Origin: Gonapodya sp. JEL0774
Taxonomy: Eukaryota
Assembly: GCA_027604505.1 (NCBI GenBank)
Contig: JADIIX010000013.1
Span: 124,001-188,000, forward strand
Direction of reading: 5' to 3'
Length of the DNA: 64,000 nt
In this document: positions 35,568 through 49,600 of the stretch, piece by piece
Numbering within the stretch: the first letter of the stretch is position 1
Layout: each line of letters opens with the position of its first letter
The notes under the pieces: model-generated
The model's input: only the letters and a program-made list of their open reading frames with translations
What the model was told of the DNA's origin: nothing
Database searches by the model: none
Position numbers and translations under genes: made by a program

Positions 35568-37613
35568 TCATTTGCTCCCAGTGTCCTCCTCATGTGCTCT
35601 CACAGTACCCATGATCCCCTGTGTGAACCCCACACCCCATTGCCAAAGGGGGAATATCTCTGATTGAGGAAATCCTTTGCTGTCAGCTTGGGTGCTGGAC
35701 ATCCCAACTATTCCCGATCTCGCTACAACTTCGTTATCAACTGCCTTCTCTCCATTCCGTCCCTTGACAGAGAACCCCAATTCAGACATGACTTTCGAAG
35801 CCATAGTTGACAGCAAGTTTTCGTTTAGTCCTCTCATAAGCTTGATCCAGGATTTCTCATCCAGAGAAGAACTGCTTTTCAGCTTGCCTAGGCCTTCATG
35901 AACGATATTAACCAATGAGGACATGTGAGTTGATGTCGCTGGACGCTTCGACGAGGAGGAAATACCACTATGTTCAGCAACTAAATTGGAAACAACGCAC
36001 ACAAGAACCACAGAAACTATAAGAGCATTCCTTCTGAGGAGTAAGGTGCCCTCGTCCAGATTTCCACTGGGTTTTGAAAGGATGGGGGCGAAGATGACCT
36101 CAATTGCGATAATCTTGCAGACCGCCCACATCAAAAATAATGAGGTAACGCGAGTCAGATGAATGTCTTGGTTCAGAGTTGTTATGGTGAGTCCACTCTC
36201 CGTCTCCCAAAAGAAATCGTCCGGAAAAGTCGAAGGGCGGTTCCACAAGGTTGAGACGAGTGGTCTCAAAGCCGGGAGTGCGTGATTGATTTTGTTTTGA
36301 GAACCATTGACAATTTCGAGGGTTACCTGGTGGGAAGCCAACGTCGACTTGTCCACATTTGTCATGCAGTTAAATACGAGACTCACTTTCTGAACTGCCT
36401 CGAGAACTCCGCCAACCATTTTCGCAAGTACCACTATTTTTTTTTGTACATCAGATCCCTGTTTCATTTTGGATTCGCGACCCTGCCATATTCTGGACAA
36501 CGCGCCGAGGACTGAGTCTTCTGCTATACTCAAATCAAGCGGCGCAATATAATGCGGATTGAGAAGCTCGTCTTGTTTCCTATTCATTTTGTTTTCAGTA
36601 TCAACGGGCGTTTCTGTATGAAACTGTACTGGAGCGTCCAAGCCACTAGTTTCATACAATGTAAGAAGCGATTCCCGCATAGAGGGAAGTGTGAGGAGGT
36701 ATTGCGAGAGGGACGTAGATGCTATTTGCAGAACATCCCGTTTGAAAGAGCGACGAGTGCCCTCAAATTTGATGATAGAACTGTTAAAGTGGTGAGTTAG
36801 TTACACAGCGCAAATATTTGACCCACTCACCTCCCACTTGAGACAATAAACAAATAATACGGCTTTCACAACCACAGCCAAACGGATTCTCGAAGCAGGT
36901 GGTTTCTTTGTCAATGACGGGGGTTTCATCACTGGGCCTCCACCGATTTTGTGTTTCAACGAAAGTTCGTCAGAGGTTTGTACCAATGGTCGCACGTCTG
37001 TTTCATTGGTAGGTGACCTTGCAGCTAGTGCAACAAGTGACATAACGGCCGCAAACATTTGTTGATTCTGCAATTGCTGCGTCAGGACCTGTTGCTGCAG
37101 TTGAGTCGCTTGGAGAGCGAGTTGTCGGAGTAGCTCAGAGTCAAACCGAGAATTGTGTGCGGGATTGTGCAGTTGACTGTGAGGGTTCATCGGAAAGGGC
37201 GAGGCGATGGGTTCAGTCACAAATTGGTTGGCGCTTTGGGAAGTAGCCGTCAACACTTCCAATTGCTGTACTGACGGGGCTACGCGAGGGTAAATCATTT
37301 TAATAACGGCAAGTGGCTGGTGATTGTCGCCTTTTCCGCCGGACGATTGGTAACTCACGTCTGGTCCCTCCATCATTCAATCGCCCGAGAGCGACTGGTG
37401 ACCTCTCGTGTCGAAGAATAGTCATAGAGGTTGAGTGAACGTTTCCTGTGAGTTGCTCACGCTTGCGTTTCTGAAGTCGCGAGTCAGTTTCGTCAAACCG
37501 TAGCATTCCATCAAATCACGGAAACAGACCGTCATCAGGAGTCTCTCCCGCAGATCAACAACATGTTTTGAGGATGTTTCTAGCCCTGCCGTGTGCGAGG
37601 ATGGTGCAGGCAT
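35568..37613 (-). CDS. Hypothetical protein, multi-exon (Gln-rich coil followed by a helical domain)
   Basis: Consecutive long minus-strand ORFs (36801-37376 and 35568-36680) flanked by GT-AG signals. No family recognised, and the start is uncertain. Confidence 0.55.
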
Positions 37614-37913
37614 TGTTGGAGGATGGTCGAGTGTGGAGGTGGAGGTGGAGGGCGGTCATGCATCGCCCTCACAGTTTGGTAAAATCAAGTCAACTGGATG
37701 CAAAGGGCAACAAGTCTTCAGTCAAATACTGGTGTCACAATCTATAGAAATTGGATACTAGATTCAGAGAAAGAAAGAAAGAGAAAGGAGTGAATTGTGC
37801 AATGATGACAAAACTGGGAAGATCAAAAAGTGGGGCTCAGTCTGAACTGGCTGGGTGGAACGAATCCCCGCACTGGGACCAACATTTGAGTGCAAAAACC
37901 AAAGTAAACGAAG

Positions 37914-39281
37914 ATGGACGCTCACTCCCAGACAAACAACGACATGTCCAGATTAGTTGACTCTCTTTCCACTCTCAGCATGGTAGATGAGGATGTTTCA
38001 GCTGGAAGGAAAGGAGTGGACGCCGGAAACGATGGCGACCAAGTGAGACCGGTGAGCAATGAAACCAATCGGCAAGGCTGGTCCATCTTTCTATGGCAAC
38101 CAACGTGGCAATGGATGGATTCGCGGGTTTCGCTCGTCAGGAGCATGGCTTTCCCGATTTGCCAAGGGCTATGAGCTCTCTCGAGCATGAAAGGCAATTC
38201 TATCTCAGCCTTAACTCACCCTTGAATGTTGTCCTATCGATTTTCCGCTCGCTGATCTCGCTCGTCGTCTTATCTACTTGGAACAGCACAATCAGGCGGA
38301 CCCCAAACCGCCGCGGGCACACAGCAAGATAAAAACCGAGTTATGCAAGAGTTGGGAAAACACTCAGTCCTGGTATTTGTCTTACATTGGAATGGCGAAG
38401 CTCTAATGGGTAAATTCATATTGTTTCCATGTTCCGTGGATGTTTACAGCAAATACGGGAAGCACTGTCTTTTCGCCCATGGTAAGCTCCGCTCTCCTTT
38501 AGTCGTTTTAAACGTTTTCATGATCAAGATTTATTTTCTGTTTTTCTTTGTGGTCATCTTTCAGGCAAACCAGAACTCAGAAGTGTTGAGCGACCACTGA
38601 AGTTCAAGACCGAATTGTGCAAGAACTACTGGCGGGATGGTATTTGCAATTATGGCAGGCGCTGTCACTTTATTCACTCCGAAGATGTGAGGATTTCCTA
38701 CAAGCTCGTGCTTGTCTGCTCGACATTTTCAACATTCAACTCTCTAGGATGTGTTCCGCAAGCTGAATGACATTGCTGTCGGCAATATTGTGCTCAAAAC
38801 ATCCCGCGCCGATGGTACTCCTGGGCATGCACGTCACTCTTCCGTACCCAACGTTGCGACTTCATTTGAGGTTGAGCTGCGTTCGAATGCAGCTCCTGAC
38901 CGTTCCTCTAACCACACGAGGCACAGTAGGCACAGCAGCTATGATCCGAGAGCTCTTGGTGACGCAATGAGCGCCGGTGCGCAGCAGATACGCTCCACCT
39001 CTTCTGGGTCCGGTGGGAGCTCTGCATTGCTACTTCCACCACCGTTTTTTCTGGGTCACTCGCGCCACAGCAGCGGTGGCCTAGCTAGCTCATGCACTAC
39101 CCGATCTAATGCAAGCACTGGGTCCAGCGGCACCATGTACATGCCTTTTGAAGAAAGGATGGCAGAATCGTGCGAGGATGGAGACGTATTCGGCGTCTAT
39201 GGCCCCAAGATCAAATTGCCCAAGCTCAGAGATGGGACTGCAGACTCCGGGTGGTCCGAGGAAGGGGTCCTGTCTGCGTGA
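37914..39281 (+). CDS. Tristetraprolin/Zfs1/Cth-family tandem CCCH zinc-finger RNA-binding protein
   Basis: Spliced sequence KIKTELCKSWENTQS|CKYGKHCLFAH|GKPELRSVERPLKFKTELCKNYWRDGICNYGRRCHFIH gives two C-x8-C-x5-C-x3-H fingers with KTEL lead-ins and the canonical 18-aa spacing. Confidence 0.92.
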
Positions 39282-39637
39282 TTGGTTGATCCCGGAAGTT
39301 GGAGGAACGGGTCGCAAGACTCTGACATGTTACACCAAGACGCGCAGAGTCTCTGGCGGTCACCAGCTCTTTGTTGGAACGAAGTCTGGACATTTTGTGG
39401 ATGTCCACCGACAATTTTGTAAATGTTCCTTCACGCATCCACTCCTATATTTAAGGTTTCTCAGTTTTTCTTTTGCAACACGTGTGTGTGGGATCATGAT
39501 GTACATATTCTCACTTTTGTTTCCAATGCACTTGTTTTCACGTGACTGAGCGTTTCACTGAGTTCATCCGGATAAAAGAGAACACGTTTTCTGCCTGCCA
39601 CATGCTGAGCTTCACACCTGAACTCATCCCCCACCAC

Positions 39638-40501
39638 ATGTTCCCCTCTCGTATCCCCGTCTTATTACCAAAGCTCCTCAAGAGCACTCATTTCGCTGTG
39701 AATGCCCGGCCATCGATTTTTGATGTTCGAGCACTGGGCTCGGCTGCTATTGCGGATCGTCACGGTCGGCGATGGCTGCCGGCCAGCGGAATAACAGCCA
39801 CAGGGTTGAGACAGCGCGGCTATCTTTCTACGAGGCGATTTGATAAGGACATTGTTGGTGGCATTATGGGACGAGTTGGAATGTCCTCTGATTCCCGAAC
39901 ACACTATGCAACTCATTTCACCGATTCTCCAACCCCAATTGAACGTCCTGTCGAAGGCAAAGCGGATTCTTCGTCGTCATCGTCTTCAACTCCTCCCCCG
40001 AAAATGGGAAAGTTGCAATCTCTGATGCGCGAGTACGGACTTATAGGCGCATTTGTATATGCTGGAACGACATTCGTTGTGTTCTCTTTCAACTACGTTC
40101 TCATTCAATATGCCGGCATAGACGTGAAACCGATTCTGGAGAAGTTCACGCAGCTGAAGAAATGGATTTTGGGTCAGAAACCAGGAGAGGAGGCACATGA
40201 CGAGCTTCCTTTAGAAATTGACAACCAACCTCGTCCATTCTTCAATGTCACCACGATGCTCATGGCCATGGCTCTCACGAAGGTGTACTTCCCCATCAAG
40301 CTACCCTTCGTCATTACAGTAACACCTTACATCGCGCGATGGGCCCGCGCCAGGGGGATCGTTGTTGGGCAGCGAGGAATAGGGGCCCGAGAAGCTGTGA
40401 GGGAGGCTGTGCGAACACGCAAATTACCAGAGAAAAAGTTACCGGCTGGGGGAATGCCCGGAAGGAGGAAACGGAAGGGCCCAGGTGCCACTGGAGTTTG
40501 A
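39638..40501 (+). CDS. DUF1279/FAM210-like mitochondrial membrane protein
   Basis: Arg/Ser-rich presequence-like N-terminus, KLQSLMREYG..GAFVY..GIDV, and A.TKVYFPIKLP..ITVTPYIA. Intronless. Confidence 0.8.
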   Translation: MFPSRIPVLLPKLLKSTHFAVNARPSIFDVRALGSAAIADRHGRRWLPASGITATGLRQRGYLSTRRFDKDIVGGIMGRVGMSSDSRTHYATHFTDSPTPIERPVEGKADSSSSSSSTPPPKMGKLQSLMREYGLIGAFVYAGTTFVVFSFNYVLIQYAGIDVKPILEKFTQLKKWILGQKPGEEAHDELPLEIDNQPRPFFNVTTMLMAMALTKVYFPIKLPFVITVTPYIARWARARGIVVGQRGIGAREAVREAVRTRKLPEKKLPAGGMPGRRKRKGPGATGV

Positions 40502-40607
40502 TTTCAAATATATTCTGTGCCTATCCCTTGGGTCGGCCAAATGTCCATTCTAATTCCCAGCTATCGAACTGATTCTTACACCTTGGTACTGTCTCCTCAC
40601 CACATCA

Positions 40608-43600
40608 ATGGCGGCTCCGCCTCGCGTGGAATCCCCCCGTGTGCGTCCTTCAATTCAAATATCATTATCAGGTTTACCTCGCGGACTAAGTCTCTATCAC
40701 ATATTCAGCCCCAACCTCCACCTGTACCGGCGTCCCGCTGGAATCCTCCGGCTTTCGATTTATTACCTCTTCTCTCCACTTCGCCGAGTGTTGCCGGCTC
40801 GCACCTCTCCGCGTTTGAAGCACTCAGGGAGCGGTTCCTTTCCGCACCACCACCGTCCACCGCGCAATCTGGAGCGGACTTTCTTCCTCCTCTTCCTCGG
40901 CGTGACAACTTTGATGCCCATTTAGAGGGACTGCGCTCCCCCGCGCTGGTGGCATCTGCAGCGTCAAATGCGGGTGGGAATGGAATTCACGGCAAGAAAG
41001 GGCAGGAAGGATTCAGAACGGCTCTTGTTGGAATTGTGATGTGAGAATAATGTTTTGTGTACTCGCTTTTCTATTTGGCGCTTATTTCAGAGACTCTCAG
41101 TCATGCAAATGAGTCCTCGGACTTCGGTGACACTGCATTTGACCCGGTTGCACACGTCGAGCGAACGATAGGGAGATCGGTAACGGACGGTGAGAGAGAA
41201 ACAGTGGTGAGTGTGGCCAAGAAGCCTGCGGAAAGGGAATAACTGGATGTTATAAGAATAAGATATCAGCAGAAGTGAGACACAAGATAGATCGGTGGCT
41301 CAGGAGATTGCTGGTACAAATTTAACTTCGTGTTCGGCGGATAGTGCTTTTAGAATGCGCGAATCTGAATGTGCATGTACACTGGGTTACTTGATTGGGG
41401 AACTGTGCTCTAACCTTTACCCTTATTCCCAACAAACAGCAGAGGTACCACTACTACATTGCAAATGGAGTAGACACTGGTCGTGTCGCACGCATGGACG
41501 AACGCTGGTTTCATAACGTTGTGCGCCTGCTCCCAGAGAAGTTGCGTCGTGATTTGTCGGAAAGAGCTGGTGAACAAGGGGGGAATAGCTTGATGGAGAG
41601 CCTGGAAGAGGAAATGAGAGAGGATTATATGACAAGTGTCAAAAAGGCAATCGGTGGGTACAAAATCGGAAGGATTTGCTTCTCAACGAAAATCACTCAC
41701 ATCCCTTTCTTGCCTGATCTAAAGTCGACTTTGTTTTAAAGGATCCTCGAGACCTCCCCATTACGGTATCTTCCCATCCCTCTTTTGTTACGTTACCGTC
41801 TACTCCTGGGTGGCGGGCACATTTTCTTCGTGTTCGAGTAGAAATTCTATATAATTTGGTCCTTGTCCAACCCGTTGTAGCTGGTATTCTCGAGCTCGGT
41901 GCACAGTATTCAAGTACCCGGGTTATAGATGTGGATCAGCTAGGGGTGCAAGATGGGTTGGACTTGAAAGCGTGGAAGGGAGGAGCGTTGCAAGGGATGG
42001 AGAGAGCGCACGAGAAGATCATGTCGACGTGAGCAATCACGGTTTTTTTCCATTTGAGGGAATCACTATTGTTTTGCTGACTGACGAATGACTGCCATTC
42101 AGGTGGTATCATTCACTCATTAACCTCTTTTCCGTACAGTCATCCTGGCGTTCCCTCTCTCCGGACCGCATCGACCCCTTCTTCAATCTCGTGTCTTACA
42201 TTCTGCGAGACCAGCTTCGAAATTGCGTGCGCACTTCTGCAAGGGCGTTAATTGATCTGTTCAAATCCCGGGTTGGCTCTGGAAGATCAGTGCCAGCTCC
42301 TCCGAAGTTCAGTGTGCGAGTCGTTATTAATGCCGCGGGACCGAGTTTCGATCCCAACCTCGACGACTTACGAACTACAATGTTGAGCCTCTACGACACG
42401 GTCTTGGTGTCGTTGGACCGCATCCCGCGGCCGGAACATCACGTTCTTCCATCGAAGTACCCCGATGAACGTTACGTGTTGACAGAGTTCGTTTCGACTT
42501 TCACTAGTGAAGTTACCACCGCCCGAGACGAACTTGCAGCTGCCGTCAATGGACTGGTGGAGGAGGTAAAAGGTTATGTTTCAGTGTTTTCGAAGTACAG
42601 CCGGCTGTGGGATGGAACTGCAGAGAGGGAAGTCAACGAATTCCTAAAAGAGGACAAAGAGTTGGGCACCGTCATGCAGGTGCTTATTTTTCTCGCGTTG
42701 CCGCGCATAAGCGATTGTTTCATCCCTTTTGTACTAGGAAATTGTACGTCTGCGACACATGGCGGCGATGGATATCGCTTGCGGATTTCCCCACAGTGTA
42801 CATTTTGACATGGTTGTCCTCGACTGTCAGAGCGCAGTGGCAGATCTCGCTGAGAGAGCGGACAAACTTGCTGACCGCGTTATGGCAACTTTCTTGGACC
42901 AGAATCGCAAACTCAATGACGCGTAAGTCATTTCAAGGTGTTGTTTGCTGTTGAGTTGGATGAAGATTGTCCCGACGAAATTTGTGCATGGCATAGCCTG
43001 TCTAAGAAGTACCAGGATGTTGTGGAAAAGTTGGTGAAGTCGCCAGCCAATGTCGAGGAGATGGTAGATCTCCAAAAATTTGCGGAAACAATGAAGAGTA
43101 CGACTCTGAAAGTGCTGGAAGAGGAAATTGAAGAAGCGAAAAAGAGGTTGGCCCATTGAGTCCACTTTCCATTTAATGAATTACGAACGCGTTCTATCGG
43201 TAGGCTCAACTTCACGCTAACTCATACGGATCTGCCGAAAGAAGAGTTTGAGATGAACAATACTCTCTTTTCTTGGCCGTCGAAGTTACCTTCTGCCTTT
43301 GCCGAATGTGAACAGCTTATTACTCGTGCTCGAGCTGCAAACAACGACGAACTCAAGGCGCGTGGTGATCGCATCCAACAAGAAATAGAGAGTTATGCCA
43401 AGCAAGTCGAGGAGTACTCGCAGCTAGGAGATTATGCTGAGATCGGCAAGTATCTAAAGCAAGCTCAGAAACTGCAGTCACGACTAGAATCTGCTTCCGA
43501 GAGAATGCAGGCGTTCAATAAGGAAGAGAGGCTTTTTGGCTGGGAGATGACACCCTTTCCAGTATTGGATGTCGTTATAACAAAGTTGGAACCATTTCTC

Positions 43601-46600
43601 GCGCTCTATCAAACTTCAGTGGAATTCCAAAAAAGCTGGAATTTATGGATGAATGGACCTTTTCTCAAGTTGGATCCTGAAATAGTGGAAACTGAGGTCG
43701 GAAACATGTTCCGGGGAATGTGAGGATCCCTCGCATTGTCTGATCTCTAGAATTCTAATATGCCATCTGGATATCTACAGTTATAAGCTTTGTGCGGGCT
43801 TTAGCGCAGATCCAAAGCCTCTTGAGCTCGCACAAATCACCAAAGAGCAAATTGAAGCATTCAAAGTCAACTTGCCGTTAGTGGCCGTGATATGTAATCC
43901 GGGCATGCGTCCTCGTCACTGGGATCAAATTTCGGAGATAGTCAGGTTTGATTTCCATCCAGATGAGAGCACGAGCTTGTCCATGGTTCTAGATAAGAAT
44001 CTCACAGCGTACATGGACCAGCTGGAGTCAGTAGGAGCAACTGCATCGAAGGAGTTCTCTTTTGAGAAGGCATTGAAAAAGATGCGCGAAGATTGGCAGG
44101 CTATCGAGCTTAGCTTGATTGACTACAGGGACACTGGCACCCAGATACTTTCGGCTGTGGATGAGGTCCAGAGCATGTTTGACGATCACATCGTCAAAAC
44201 TCAAGCAATGAGGGTGAGTAGTGCCGAAGAGGGAAGCTGAAGTCCAATCTCTTAAGTTTATTTTCTCCAGAGTTCCCCTTTTATCAAAGCTTTTGAAACG
44301 GAGACTCGTGGATGGGAGGCCAAGCTCATCAGGATGCAGGAAACTCTGGACGAGTGGCTGAAAGTTCAAGCGACGTGGCTGTACTTGGAGCCGATTTTTG
44401 GGTCGGAGGACATTATGCGCCAAATGCCCAACGAAGGTCGGAAATTCCAAGCAGTGAACAAAACATGGCGCGAAGTAATGCAGCATGCCAGTAGAGACCG
44501 ACACGCTACTGAAGTCTTGGACCTGTCCGGTCTTCTCGAGCGACTTCGCCAAGCAAACGAAGATTTAGAATTGGTTCAGAAGGGCCTGAATCAATATCTC
44601 GAGGTCAAGAGACTCTTCTTCCCGAGATTCTTTTTCCTGTCCAACGATGAGATGCTCGAGATATTATCCGAGACAAGGGATCCACTACGGGTGCAGCCGC
44701 ACCTCAAGAAATGCTTTGAGGGAATCTCAAGTCTCCACTTCGAAACGAATGGCGACATAAAGGGCATGTATAGTGCTTCAAAAGAAGTATGTGTCTGTTG
44801 TCTCTTCCGCTGCTCGAAATTTGATCCCAATCAAACCCCGCTCCGATAGTTCGTAAAATTTGTGACGCCAATATCTACATCCGAAGCTGCTGGGCAGGTG
44901 GAAAAATGGCTTCTTGATGTTGAGAAGGTAATGCTTGCAAGCATGCGGGACGTCACGAAAGAGAGTTACGACGCATACAAAGAGTTCCCGAGGGAAAAGT
45001 GGGTACTTAACTGGCCTGGACAAGTAGTTCTGACGGTAAGTCAGATCTACTGGACCGGAGAGGTTGAGCTCGTCCTAGTGGACGGCCATACTGGAGGACT
45101 CAAAAAGTTCAGCCAGCAAGGACAGGAACGACTTGCTAAGATTGTCGAGCTGGTTCGTGGAAATCTTACCAAGCTTGCGCGAGCGACTCTAGAAGCTTTG
45201 GTAGTCGTGAGTCATACTTTATCATTTCAGAATACTAGGACCTTTCTAAACCAGCCGGTTCTGATCTTAGATCGATGTCCACGCTCGAGATGTTGTGTCC
45301 CGGATGGACGAGATGAACGTCCACAGCATTAATGAATTCGGGTGGCTCAGCCAGATGCGCTATTACTATGACACCGACCAGGGAGTGCTCGTAAAAATGA
45401 TCAATTCCGTACAAAAGTACGGATATGAGTATCTGGGCAATACCTCGAGGCTCGTCATAACTCCATTGACTGACCGATGCTTTCGGACACTACTGGGAGC
45501 CCTTCAACTGAACCTTGGCGGAGCACCGGAAGGTCCTGCTGGCACTGGCAAGACAGAATCGGTCAAAGACTTAGCAAAGGCTTTGGCAATGTTTTGTGTT
45601 GTGTTCAACTGCTCTGATGGGTTAGATTATTTGGCTATGGGGAAGGTACAGTTCATGGGTGCTGTCGAAGTACAATTCCCACTGACTGCTGATATTCACG
45701 TGCCCCTATTTCGTTTCAGTTTTTCAAAGGACTGGCAGCCGCGGGTGCATGGGTGAGCTTCCAGTCGGGTTTTAAGAACAAGTGTCACAATTGTTATCCA
45801 GCCAATTTTTTAAAGGCGTGCTTTGACGAGTTTAATCGAATAGATTTGGAGGTGCTGTCAGTGGTGGCCCAGCAAATTCTCACGATTCAACGTGCCAAGG
45901 CTGCAAGAGCGGAGTCGTTTTTTTTCGAAGGAACTACGCTGAATCTGAACATGAACGCTAACTCCTTCATCACCATGAATCCTGGGTATGCTGGGCGTAG
46001 TGAACTCCCAGATAACTTAAAGTCCCTGTTTCGACCCGTGGCAATGATGGTATGTTTGACGATGTTCTCATTCGTGTTTCGAAAAACCAATGGACATCTA
46101 ATCAACTATGTAGGTTCCTGACTATGGGTTGATTGCTGAGATATCCTTGTATTCTTTTGGTTTCGTTCAAGCCCGTGATTTGGCTCAAAAGATTGTTGCC
46201 ACTTATCGGTGAGTGGGATGTCTCTTCTGCGGCTCCCCAGAGCGATCCGTTCACCTATGTCGACTCTCCTTATTCAGACTCTGTTCGGAGCAGTTATCGT
46301 CACAGGGTACGTTCAAATACTACATTCCGGCCAGAGAAATGCTCACTTTATGTTTCATCCTGCCTTTTAAGATCACTACGACTATGGGATGCGAGCAGTT
46401 AAAAGTGTCCTAAATGCTGCAGGGGCACTGAAGCTCAAATATCCGACTGAGGAAGAAAATGTGTTGATTCTTCGGTCCATTATCGATGTCAACCTTGCTA
46501 AGTTTCTGGCACACGATATCCCATTGTTCAAAGGGATAACTTCAGATTTATTTCCTGGAATTCAGCTCCCCGTTCCAGACTACGATATTCTAACGAAATC

Positions 46601-49600
46601 CATTTCCGCAACTTGTCAGAAACTGAACCTTCAAATGGTGCCACCATTCCTTGAAAAGGTATTGCAGGTCTATGAGATGATGATGGTACGACATGGGTTT
46701 ATGGTAGTTGGTGAATGCTACAGCGGGAAGACAGCAGCCCTCAATGTACTTCAATCTGCATTGACAGAGATTGCCAAAGTCAATCAAGGAGAGCCGAAGG
46801 TCATTTCGGCCGCTATTAATCCGAAATCCATTACTATGGGCCAATTGTACGGATGCTTTGATCCCGTTTCGCACGAATGGAGTGACGGAGTCCTCGCAGA
46901 TGGCTTCCGCAATTTCGCGTCAGCGCAAACACCTGACCGGAAGTGGCTTATTTTCGATGGTCCAGTTGATGCGGTGTGGATTGAAAATATGAACACGGTT
47001 CTTGGTAGGTTGTGTGTTTCGGCATTTATCAGACACACTCTCACTGCTTTTGGTATTGCCAGATGACAACAAGAAGCTGTGCCTGACATCAGGTGAAATA
47101 ATACAAATGTCGTCTGTTATGAGCCTCATCTTTGAAGTCCGTGACCTATCTCAAGCGTCTCCCGCTACTGTGAGTCGCTGTGGTATGATATATATGGAGC
47201 CCTCCCGCATCGGATGGCGACCACACGTCGTGTCGTGGTTGAATCGAGATTCATTCGATGACGATTTGCGCCAGAAACTAACGGGGCTATTTGAGTGGCT
47301 CGTTGACCCTTGTCTGCAATTTCTGAGGACCAATTGCACGGAATATGTGGAGACTCAAGATATTCACCTTGTTACTTCCCTTTGTCGGATTCTCGAAAGT
47401 CTCTACGATGATATTTCAAAGGAAAGCGGGAAGAATGTAGACCTCACTTCCATGAGAACTCTGCAGGGAATGTTTTTGTTGTCGCTCATATGGTCGATTG
47501 GCGCCACAACCAACGATGTTGGTCGGAGCAAGATGGACACTTTTATTCGGACGGCAGTCGCTGGCACCAATTCTGTTTGTCCGCTCCCGAAAGATTTCAA
47601 GTTTGAGGTACCGCCTCCCGAAAACGGTTTGGTGTTCGATTACGTTTTCGATGGTGGCGTCTGGCGCTCTTGGTTGGATACACTTCCAGGAGAATACAAC
47701 ATTCCCCCAAAAGCCAAATACAATCAAATATTAGTCCCGACTATCGATACAGCCAGATATTCCTTCTTGCTCCGTCTGTTGGCGAAACACAACATGGAAG
47801 TACTGTTTGTTGGCCCAACTGGAACAGGAAAAACCATGTACATTCAAGATACCCTGGTGACAATGCCACGCGACCGTTTCAGTGCGTTTTTCATGGCGTT
47901 TTCCGCCCAAACGTCCGCCATGCAAACACAAGGCTTCATCGAATCGAAGCTTGATAAGCGAAGAAAAGGTGTTATCGGTCCCCCTATGGGCAAACGCACA
48001 ATATTTTTTGTGGACGATCTGAACATGCCGATGAAAGAGAAGTATGGCGCTCAACCACCAATAGAAATCATTAGACAGTGGATGGACTACAGTGGATGGT
48101 ACAACACTGCGGATTCTAACAATTGGCTAGAACTTGTCGATATTCAATTCGTTTGCGCGATGGGTCCTCCAGGAGGAGGCAGGAATGCGATTACTTCTCG
48201 TTTAATGAGACATTTTAATATCCTTTCGCACACCACGTTCGACGACACAACGATTGCTCGCATTTTTTCTCGGATCCTGGATTGGCACTTAACCACCAAG
48301 AATTTTGATTCAAAAGTTGCTGGTCTCACTCACAACATCGTAGAAGCTACGCGAGACATTTATTGCGCCGCTACCGCCACATTGCTGTGAGCTTATTTTG
48401 GGTTTTCTCTTGAAACAACAGCTAATCCCATTTTGATCCAGTCCAACCCCCACAAAATCGCATTACACCTTCAATTTGCGTGACTATGCTAGGGTAATAC
48501 AAGGGATCTTGCTTGGTTCTCCAGATTCAATCAAGGATCCCTCCAAAATGATCCGCTTGTGGTTGCATGAAGTTTATCGTGTGTTTTACGATCGCTTAGT
48601 TGCTGACGAGGACAGGTCGTGGCTTTATGACTTCTCAAGGAAAACAATCGAGGATCGCTTTAAAGTTCAATTCAATCAAGTTTTTGTGAATTACGACAGC
48701 AACAAGGATGGCAAAGTCGAGGACTCGGACCTTCGAGCCCTTGTTTATGGAACATTCATACCCAACAAAGAATCCAAGAAGATTTATGATGAGATATCAA
48801 ATCTCGATGAACTTACCAATACTATAGATAAAAGTTTGGCTGATTTTAATGCCACCAGCAAAAAGCCCATGGACTTGGTCACCTTTAGGTTCGCAGTGGA
48901 GCACTTGGCCAGAGTCTCTCGAGTTTTCCTACAGCCTCAAGGCAACATTATGCTTGTTGGAGTTGGAGGCAGTGGCAGACAGAGTTTAACTCGCCTTGCA
49001 GCGTACGTTGCAGATTTTGACCTGTTCCAGATCGAAATTTCCAAGAACTACAATATGCAGATGTGGCGGGACGATCTGAAAAAGGTTTTTCGAAAAGCCG
49101 GAGTGGACCTGAAACCAACTGTCTTCCTGTTGTCAGATACGCAGATCCAGGAGGAGGGATTCTTGGAAGATATCAACAATATTCTAAACTCAGGGGAGGT
49201 TCCTAGTCTCTATGCGACAGACGAAAAGACAGAAATTTTGGAGTTGATGCGCAATGACTCGAAGAATGCCAGCGGAGAACAAGAATTGACACCGACAATC
49301 CTCTTTTCCTTTTTCATCGATAGATGCCGAGAAAACCTGCACATTGTATTATGCATGAGTCCCGTTGGAGACGCATTCCGGAACCGGCTCCGAAAGTTTC
49401 CCTCTCTCGTGAACTGCTGTACCATTGATTGGTTTACTGCATGGCCCCAAGACGCTTTGGAGATGGTTGCTTCCAAGTTTCTTGCCGAAGTAGATATTTC
49501 CGATGAGATGCGACCGCAGGTTCTGGAAATGTGCAAGTACTTCCACGAGAGTACCACTATTCAGTCCAAGCGTTTCCTAGAGAACTTGCGAAGGCACAAT

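Noticed and set aside
39282..39600. AU-rich elements for autoregulation in the TTP-like gene 3' UTR
   Set aside because: Only a single ATTTA, with no TATTTAT or clustered elements.
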